Positions 53,967 to 57,935 of a DNA stretch of 64,000 nucleotides are shown in pieces. Positions within the stretch are counted from its first letter, which is position 1; each line of letters begins with the position of its first letter. The position numbers were made by a program, and so were the translations under genes. The notes beneath the pieces are model-generated. The model was given only the letters and a program-made list of their open reading frames with translations. It searched no databases and was not told where the DNA came from. Source of the DNA: a virus (lineage: Duplodnaviria; Heunggongvirae; Uroviricota; Caudoviricetes); the IMG/VR virus record IMGVR_UViG_3300028591_008384; one strand, given 5' to 3'.

Positions 53967-54323
53967 CTACGCCTTGGCCGGTCTCAATACTAGCTGATGC
54001 CTGGAATCCGCCCAGACAGTGGAAGGGGACGTGCCGCTGTAACCGCGGATGTCCACCGTGGAATGCCCGTCGGAATAGGTGAATACATCGGTGGTGCCAT
54101 GCTGATTGACGGCGCCATCGGCGAAAAGGGTGAAACCGAACTCGGAAGGGCCACCGGCGACCTCGCCACCCTGGCCCCTGAGCCATTCCTTGGCGGCATC
54201 GAAATCGCCACCGGTCGCTTCCAGGGCCTGCTTGCAGAGAAGCATGCTCACCTGGGTCGCCTTGCGCAATTCGTTGATCTGTGCCACCGTAACCATAATG
54301 TATCCTTTGTTGAATAAAGCCAC
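53967..54323 (-). CDS. hypothetical protein with N-terminal EF-Ts N-terminal (UBA-like) type domain
   Basis: ORF track 118 aa; VTVAQINELRKATQVSMLLCKQALEATGGDFDAAKEWLR resembles the EF-Ts N-terminal helix bundle ([24 protein letters not shown]...); the remainder is unrelated to EF-Ts. Confidence 0.4.
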   Translation of the reverse strand: MALFNKGYIMVTVAQINELRKATQVSMLLCKQALEATGGDFDAAKEWLRGQGGEVAGGPSEFGFTLFADGAVNQHGTTDVFTYSDGHSTVDIRGYSGTSPSTVWADSRHQLVLRPAKA

Positions 54324-54342
54324 GACATTCCGGATGACTTAG

Positions 54343-54416
54343 GGTATCAGACAAGACTTGAACTTGCAACGGCTGGTTCCACAAACCAGGGCTCCACCGA
54401 TTGAGCTACTGACACC
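54343..54416 (-). tRNA. tRNA-His(GTG) with encoded G-1
   Basis: Acceptor G-1 plus GTGTCAG/CTGATAC, C73; anticodon stem CTGGT/ACCAG with loop TTGTGGA. Confidence 0.6.
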
Positions 54417-54422
54417 ATGTAG

Positions 54423-54511
54423 AAGAGAGGGCGGGGCTCGAACCCGCATGTGAGTTTTGGGGCCCACGACGATTTAGCAAACCGTTCGCTTACCTATTAG
54501 CGTACCTCTCC
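54423..54511 (-). tRNA. tRNA-Ser(GCT), class II
   Basis: Acceptor GGAGAGG/CCTCTCT; anticodon stem ACGGT/ATCGT with loop TTGCTAA; long variable arm; T-arm GCGGGTTCGAGCCCCGC. Confidence 0.55.
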
Positions 54512-54515
54512 ATAG

Positions 54516-54589
54516 CTCCGACAGCTCGACTCGAACGAGCAACCGGTTCATTACGAATGAACTGCTCTACCATTTGAGCTATGTCGGAA
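54516..54589 (-). tRNA. tRNA-Thr(CGT)
   Basis: Acceptor TCCGACA/TGTCGGA; anticodon stem GTTCA/TGAAC with loop TTCGTAA; T-arm GCTCGTTCGAGTCGAGC. Confidence 0.6.
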
Positions 54590-54592
54590 TAG

Positions 54593-54665
54593 TCAGCGTG
54601 AGTGGGTACGATCCACCGACCTCATGCTCCCGAAGCATGCGCTCTACCAGCTGAGCTACACACTG
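54593..54665 (-). tRNA. tRNA-Pro(CGG)
   Basis: Acceptor CAGTGTG/CACGCTG; anticodon stem CATGC/GCATG with loop TTCGGGA. Confidence 0.5.
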
Positions 54666-54671
54666 ATTTAG

Positions 54672-54755
54672 CGGAAGCGGAGGGATTCGAACCCCCAAGT
54701 CCTTGCGGAACCACGGATTTCAAGTCCGCTTGAGTCACCAATCTCATGCGCTTCC
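54672..54755 (-). tRNA. tRNA-Ser(TGA), class II
   Basis: Acceptor GGAAGCG/CGCTTCC; anticodon stem GCGGA/TCCGT with loop CTTGAAA; long variable arm. Confidence 0.55.
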
Positions 54756-54759
54756 ATAA

Positions 54760-54846
54760 CGGAAGCGGCAGGACTTGAACCTACATGAGGAACTTCCTCA
54801 CCGCCGGGTTCGAGCCGGGGGCCTTACCAATTAGGTCTACGCTTCC
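54760..54846 (-). tRNA. tRNA-Ser(CGA), class II
   Basis: Acceptor GGAAGCG/CGCTTCC; anticodon loop CTCGAAC on a 4-bp stem with a C/C mismatch; long variable arm. Confidence 0.45.
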
Positions 54847-54853
54847 AAATTCG

Positions 54854-54940
54854 CGGAAATGGGAGGACTCGAACCTCCATGCAGCTTTCGCCACCACGCT
54901 CCATTCCAAGGAGGGCCAATACCAATTATGGGACACTTCC
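54854..54940 (-). tRNA. tRNA-Ser(GGA), class II
   Basis: Acceptor GGAAGTG/CATTTCC; anticodon loop TTGGAAT on a stem CTCC/GGAG with a C/C at 27:43; long variable arm; T-arm GGAGGTTCGAGTCCTCC. Confidence 0.5.
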
Positions 54941-54946
54941 AAAGAG

Positions 54947-55019
54947 TGGGACCGGGAGGAGTCGAACCTACGACGCGAAGCTTTTCAGGCTTCCGCTCTA
55001 CCAACTGAGCTACAGCCCC
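54947..55019 (-). tRNA. tRNA-Phe(GAA)
   Basis: Acceptor GGGGCTG/CGGTCCC; anticodon stem GAAGC/GCTTC with loop CTGAAAA. Confidence 0.55.
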
Positions 55020-55028
55020 ATAAAATCG

Positions 55029-55112
55029 AGCACTTAGCAGGACTCGAACCTGCGAAGGGATTACCCAGCAGATTTGCAGTCTGCTTCCTTTGCCGCTCGG
55101 ATTCATAAGTGC
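55029..55112 (-). tRNA. atypical 84-nt tRNA with anticodon GCA (Cys-type anticodon; enlarged D region and about 14-nt variable arm)
   Basis: Acceptor GCACTTA/TAAGTGC; anticodon stem GCAGA/TCTGC with loop CTGCAAA; T-arm GCAGGTTCGAGTCCTGC; GGGTAATCCC mini-helix in the variable region. Confidence 0.4.
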
Positions 55113-55148
55113 ATTTTAATAATCCATTACAAAAGTTCAAAAACTATA

Positions 55149-55239
55149 TCCCGAAGACAGGCGTCGAACCTGCATGCTGCATGCGAATACAGCGCCGGAT
55201 CCTAAGTCCGGGGTGTCTACCAATTCCACCACCTCGGGG
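55149..55239 (-). tRNA. tRNA-Leu(TAG), class II
   Basis: Acceptor CCCGAGG/CTTCGGG, A73; anticodon stem CCGGA/TCCGG with loop CTTAGGA; long variable arm. Confidence 0.55.
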
Positions 55240-55246
55240 AAATTCG

Positions 55247-55317
55247 TTGGCCTGCCCGGTTTCGAACCAAGACCGCAGGCTTCAAGGGCCCCCGTGCTAC
55301 CGTTACACCACAAGCCA
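55247..55317 (-). tRNA. tRNA-Gln(TTG)
   Basis: U1-A72 acceptor TGGCTTG/CAGGCCA (Gln-like); anticodon TTG in loop CCTTGAA (position 33 is C); T-arm CTTGGTTCGAAACCGGG. Confidence 0.45.
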
Positions 55318-55321
55318 ATAG

Positions 55322-55393
55322 TAGCCCCTCCGAGGCTCGAACTCGGGTGCCGGGATTGAGAATCCCGTGACTTAACCGCTGGTCTAAAGGGCC
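55322..55393 (-). tRNA. tRNA-Glu(CTC)
   Basis: Acceptor GGCCCTT/AGGGGCT; anticodon stem CGGGA/TCCCG with loop TTCTCAA; T-arm CCGAGTTCGAGCCTCGG. Confidence 0.5.
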
Positions 55394-55402
55394 AAACATT
55401 CG

Positions 55403-55476
55403 TCCCCAGAGAAGGACTTGAACCTTCAAATTAGTGGTTTTGAATCACTCGCCTCTGCCAGTTCGGCTACCTGGGG
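55403..55476 (-). tRNA. class-I-length tRNA with Leu anticodon CAA (short variable arm)
   Basis: 74 nt; acceptor CCCCAGG/TCTGGGG, A73; D-region GCCGAACTGGCAGAGGC; anticodon loop TTCAAAA; 5-nt variable region; T-arm GAAGGTTCAAGTCCTTC. Confidence 0.45.
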
Positions 55477-55483
55477 AAATTCA

Positions 55484-55557
55484 TCTTCCGAGAAGGAGTC
55501 GAACCTTCAAAATCACGACCCTGAATCGTGCACCTATGCCAATTCGGTTACCGGAAG
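55484..55557 (-). tRNA. class-I-length tRNA with Leu anticodon CAG (short variable arm)
   Basis: 74 nt; acceptor CTTCCGG/TCGGAAG, A73; anticodon stem CACGA/TCGTG with loop TTCAGGG; T-arm GAAGGTTCGACTCCTTC. Confidence 0.5.
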
Positions 55558-55563
55558 AAGTAG

Positions 55564-55634
55564 AGCGCCTATCCGGTCACGATCCGGAACCAACTGCTTG
55601 GAGGGCAGTGATGCAGCCATTACACCATAGGCGC
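55564..55634 (-). tRNA. tRNA-Gly(TCC)
   Basis: Acceptor GCGCCTA/TAGGCGC; anticodon stem ACTGC/GCAGT with loop CCTCCAA; T-arm TCCGGATCGTGACCGGA. Confidence 0.5.
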
Positions 55635-55638
55635 ATAA

Positions 55639-55715
55639 TGCGGGCAGCGGGACTCGAACCCGCGACCCATAGATTAAAAGTCTATTGCTCTAAAAACCGA
55701 CTGAGCTATACCCGC
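55639..55715 (-). tRNA. tRNA-Lys(TTT)
   Basis: Acceptor GCGGGTA/TGCCCGC; anticodon stem ATAGA/TCTAT with loop CTTTTAA; T-arm GCGGGTTCGAGTCCCGC. Confidence 0.6.
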
Positions 55716-55800
55716 GAAGTGCAGTTGAAAGAGCAATGGCCAACTGCTACCATCATAATCGGGTGCGTTTCAAAATCTTTTTCATTGTTTTACTCCTTAG

Positions 55801-55873
55801 TCGCCAGAGTGGGACTCGAACCCACAGATGACCGGGTTTAAGCCAGTTGTCTCTGCCATTCGACTACCTGGCG
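55801..55873 (-). tRNA. class-I-length tRNA with Leu anticodon TAA (short variable arm)
   Basis: 73 nt; acceptor CGCCAGG/TCTGGCG, A73; anticodon stem ACTGG/CCGGT with loop CTTAAAC; T-arm GTGGGTTCGAGTCCCAC. Confidence 0.5.
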
Positions 55874-55886
55874 TTAGTTTGTTTAG

Positions 55887-55969
55887 TCTCGATGGCTGGA
55901 CTTGAACCATGCACTCTGTTACGAACCAGCCCCTCAAGCTGGCGGGTCTACCAATTCCCCCACATCGAG
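55887..55969 (-). tRNA. tRNA-Leu(GAG), class II
   Basis: Acceptor CTCGATG/CATCGAG, A73; anticodon stem CCAGC/GCTGG with loop TTGAGGG; 15-nt variable arm; weak T-stem. Confidence 0.45.
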
Positions 55970-55973
55970 ATAG

Positions 55974-56044
55974 AGCACCTATCCGGGTACGATCCGGAGC
56001 CTTAACCTTGGCAAGGTCACTTGCTACCACTACAACATAGGTGC
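55974..56044 (-). tRNA. tRNA-Gly(GCC)
   Basis: Acceptor GCACCTA/TAGGTGC; anticodon stem TGACC/GGTTA with loop TTGCCAA; T-arm TCCGGATCGTACCCGGA. Confidence 0.5.
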
Positions 56045-56054
56045 ATATAAATAG

Positions 56055-56130
56055 TTGCCCGTGATGGATTTTAACCACCGAATGGACGCTTCAGAGGCGT
56101 CTGCCTTAGAACGGACTTGGCGAACGGGCA
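56055..56130 (-). tRNA. tRNA-Gln(CTG)
   Basis: U1-A72 acceptor TGCCCGT/ACGGGCA; D-arm GCCAAGTCCGTTCTAAGGC (Gln-like); anticodon stem GACGC/GCGTC with loop CTCTGAA. Confidence 0.55.
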
Positions 56131-56138
56131 ATAAGTAG

Positions 56139-56224
56139 TGCCGGTTGATGGATTCGAACCACCGAGAGTTCGTTAGAACGGGAGATTTACAGGCTCCAGC
56201 CATTGGCCACTAGGCGAAACCGGC
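56139..56224 (-). tRNA. tRNA-Tyr(GTA), class II, copy 1
   Basis: Acceptor GCCGGTT/AACCGGC; anticodon loop CTGTAAA on stem GGAGC/TCTCC (31:39 mismatch); long variable arm; T-arm GGTGGTTCGAATCCATC. Confidence 0.5.
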
Positions 56225-56228
56225 ATAG

Positions 56229-56301
56229 CTCCACCTCCTGGACTCGAACCAGGGACCATGCGATTAACAGTCGCACGCTCTACCAACTGAGCTAAGGTGG
56301 A
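56229..56301 (-). tRNA. tRNA-Asn(GTT)
   Basis: Acceptor TCCACCT/AGGTGGA; anticodon stem TGCGA/TCGCA with loop CTGTTAA; T-arm CCTGGTTCGAGTCCAGG. Confidence 0.6.
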
Positions 56302-56311
56302 ATAAAAATAG

Positions 56312-56400
56312 TGGGTTGGGTAGGATTCGGACCTACAATGTTGACCCTAAGGGACCGGATTTACAGTCCGGCGCGACACCGCCATCGCCGCAGCCAACCC
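56312..56400 (-). tRNA. tRNA-Tyr(GTA), class II, copy 2
   Basis: Acceptor GGGTTGG/CCAACCC; anticodon stem CCGGA/TCCGG with loop CTGTAAA; long variable arm; unusually long 5-bp D-stem. Confidence 0.5.
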
Positions 56401-56413
56401 ATAGAATTTTTCG

Positions 56414-56486
56414 CAGGGACTGAGAGATTCGGACTCCCGACATGCAGTTTTGGAGACTGCCGTTCTTCCAGCTGAACTAAATCCCT
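56414..56486 (-). tRNA. tRNA-Trp(CCA)
   Basis: Acceptor AGGGATT/AGTCCCT; anticodon stem GCAGT/ACTGC with loop CTCCAAA; T-arm GGGAGTCCGAATCTCTC. Confidence 0.55.
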
Positions 56487-56493
56487 ATATTCG

Positions 56494-56569
56494 TACTCGA
56501 TCTTGGATTCGAACCAAGGTTGTTTCTGCTTGTAAGGCAGACGCCATCGACCAGCTAGGCGAATCGAGT
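56494..56569 (-). tRNA. tRNA-Val(TAC)
   Basis: Acceptor ACTCGAT/ATCGAGT; anticodon stem TCTGC/GCAGA with loop CTTACAA; T-arm CTTGGTTCGAATCCAAG. Confidence 0.55.
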
Positions 56570-56575
56570 ATATAA

Positions 56576-56649
56576 CGAGAGCGGCGGGGTTCGAACCCGC
56601 GAATGGCGGTTAGACAGACCGCTGTGTTGAGCCTCTTCACCACGCCCTC
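56576..56649 (-). tRNA. tRNA-Asp(GTC)
   Basis: Acceptor GAGGGCG/CGCTCTC; anticodon stem GCGGT/ACCGC with loop CTGTCTA; T-arm GCGGGTTCGAACCCCGC. Confidence 0.55.
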
Positions 56650-56654
56650 AAAAT

Positions 56655-56760
56655 GGTTAACGCAGCCCCCGGTGCTTTAGGTTCTTATGTTGTTTCGGCG
56701 CTTTGTACCGACCGACCTTAACTTTGTCGGAGCCGGCATTCTTTAACTGCCGGGCTGCAT
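56655..56760 (-). ncRNA. structured about 105-nt element embedded in the tRNA array (candidate ncRNA / tRNA-like; unassigned)
   Basis: Terminal helix GCAGCCCGG...CCGGGGGCTGC enclosing internal hairpins (CCGAC-aaagttaag-GTCGG and others); no canonical T-arm or anticodon stem-loop. Confidence 0.25.
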
Positions 56761-56762
56761 CG

Positions 56763-56837
56763 TTGCGGAAGAAGGATTTGAACCTTCGACCAACGGATTA
56801 TGATTCCGCTGCTCTGACCGGGCTGAGCTACACCGCA
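56763..56837 (-). tRNA. tRNA with anticodon CAT (elongator Met or Ile2/lysidine type; not initiator-like)
   Basis: Acceptor TGCGGTG/TTCCGCA (U1-A72, one T/T mismatch); anticodon stem GCGGA/TCCGT with loop ATCATAA; T-arm GAAGGTTCAAATCCTTC; lacks the three G-C pairs and the C1/A72 mismatch of bacterial initiators. Confidence 0.5.
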
Positions 56838-56849
56838 ATAATTTGTTAG

Positions 56850-56921
56850 TGCTCCTACCTGGGCTCGAACCAGGATCCACAGATTAAGAGTCTGCTCGTC
56901 TAGCCATTGACATATAGAAGC
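56850..56921 (-). tRNA. tRNA-Lys(CTT)
   Basis: Acceptor GCTTCTA/TAGGAGC; anticodon stem GCAGA/TCTGT with loop CTCTTAA; T-arm CCTGGTTCGAGCCCAGG. Confidence 0.55.
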
Positions 56922-56925
56922 ATAG

Positions 56926-56999
56926 TCCTCACCCCTGAACTCGAATCAGGAACCTCTACCTTATCAGAGTAGCTATCTAACCAATTGATATAGATGAGG
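56926..56999 (-). tRNA. tRNA-Ile(GAT)
   Basis: Acceptor CCTCATC/GGTGAGG; anticodon stem CTACT/GGTAG with loop CTGATAA; T-arm CCTGATTCGAGTTCAGG. Confidence 0.5.
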
Positions 57000-57071
57000 A
57001 TGGTGGAGCACGATGCAGCCTAGGCTGCTTCCCGGCAAAGCCGGATGGATACTGCCCCAAAATCCATTTAG

Positions 57072-57144
57072 TAGCGCTGCCGGGATTCGAACCCGAGTTC
57101 CATGGTTGAAAACCATGTGTCCTAGGCCTCTAGACGACGGCGCC
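57072..57144 (-). tRNA. tRNA-Glu(TTC)
   Basis: Acceptor GGCGCCG/CAGCGCT (one C/A mismatch); Glu-like D-arm GTCTAGAGGCCTAGGAC; anticodon stem CATGG/CCATG with loop TTTTCAA. Confidence 0.55.
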
Positions 57145-57155
57145 ATAAGTTGTAG

Positions 57156-57231
57156 TGATTCTGCCTGGGGTCGAACCAGGAATCTTCTCGTTCGTAGCGA
57201 GATGCCTTCAAATCCATTTGGCGACAGAACC
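57156..57231 (-). tRNA. tRNA-Arg(ACG)
   Basis: Acceptor GGTTCTG/CAGAATC; anticodon stem TCTCG/CGAGA with loop CTACGAA; T-arm CCTGGTTCGACCCCAGG. Confidence 0.55.
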
Positions 57232-57236
57232 ATAGT

Positions 57237-57309
57237 GGAACGTGACGGGATTCGAACCCGTGACCTCTTCGGTGCGAACGAAGCGCTCTTCCAACTGAGC
57301 TACACCCCC
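57237..57309 (-). tRNA. tRNA-Ala(CGC) with G3:U70
   Basis: Acceptor GGGGGTG/CACGTTC (G3:U70 wobble present, G4/G69 mismatch), C73; anticodon stem CTTCG/CGAAG with loop TTCGCAC; T-arm ACGGGTTCGAATCCCGT. Confidence 0.5.
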
Positions 57310-57319
57310 ATAGAGTAGT

Positions 57320-57394
57320 GGATACATATCGGGCTCGAACCGATGACCTCCTGAGTGCAAATCAGGCGCTCTACCAAAACTGAGCTAATGACCC
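57320..57394 (-). tRNA. tRNA-Ala(TGC)-like
   Basis: Anticodon arm CCTGA-TTTGCAC-TCAGG; the E. coli Ala(TGC) arm is CCTGC-TTTGCAC-GCAGG; T-arm ATCGGTTCGAGCCCGAT; acceptor GGGTCAT/ATGTATC has two mismatches, so the boundaries are uncertain. Confidence 0.4.
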
Positions 57395-57404
57395 ATAGTG
57401 TACT

Positions 57405-57479
57405 GGACCGATATCGGGCTCGAACCGATGACCTCCTGCATGCCATGCAGGCGCTCTACCAAAGCTGAGCTAATGGCCC
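57405..57479 (-). tRNA. tRNA-Ala(GGC)-like, copy 1
   Basis: Anticodon arm CCTGC-ATGGCAT-GCAGG; the E. coli Ala(GGC) arm is CTTGC-ATGGCAT-GCAAG; acceptor GGGCCAT/ATCGGTC has two mismatches. Confidence 0.4.
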
Positions 57480-57538
57480 ATAATAAAAGTCATCCGAAAT
57501 GTCAATCTGCTGCTAGGCTTCACGAGCCAAGCGTTAGT

Positions 57539-57611
57539 GGAACGTGACGGGATTCGAACCCGTGACCTCCTCGCTGCCAGCGAGGCGCTCTTCCAACTGA
57601 GCTACACCCCC
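57539..57611 (-). tRNA. tRNA-Ala(GGC) with G3:U70, copy 2
   Basis: Same backbone as Ala(CGC) (GGGGGTG...CACGTTC-C); anticodon stem CCTCG/CGAGG with loop CTGGCAG. Confidence 0.5.
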
Positions 57612-57660
57612 AAATCGTAGGTAATTAAAAAACCAGGTTGCTCTTTTGTTGCAACCTGGT
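57610..57660 (-). promoter_or_regulatory. intrinsic terminator (10-bp hairpin ACCAGGTTGC/GCAACCTGGT plus T6) fused to the presumed promoter of the tRNA array
   Basis: Reverse complement accaggttgcaacaaaagagcaacctggTTTTTTaattaCCTACGATTTGggggtgtagctc; the -7-like box TACGATTTG directly abuts the first tRNA (Ala-GGC). Confidence 0.5.
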
Positions 57661-57935
57661 TCCTTATCAACCCAACCTAAAAGGAATTTTTACCAGTGCA
57701 ACAGCCCCAATTTCTTGGCGCAACCGAGATTACGTTCTGCGGCGGCAAAACTAATCGTGCGATAATCCAAGTGTGACAGTTGCTGTTTCATAGTAAAATT
57801 TTCTCTTAAGCGTCATTGGATTACAATCGAATCCAAATCGGCTTTGTCATATTGTTTATATAAATGGTAGAAATAAAATGATGGATTTTCAAGGGTAAAA
57901 TGCAACTTTTTATGTAAAAAGAAGTTTACATTCAT

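Noticed and set aside
55797-56078. ORFs called across the tRNA array (for example 55797..56078, 54785..55108, 57013..57318)
   Set aside because: They run through consecutive well-formed tRNA cloverleaves, so they are not protein-coding.
53884-57611. Possibility of stop-codon reassignment or suppressor tRNAs, as in some Bacteroidota phages
   Set aside because: None of the hand-folded tRNAs has a CTA, TTA or TCA anticodon, and large genes (ligA, cca, nadV, rSAMs) are intact under the standard code.
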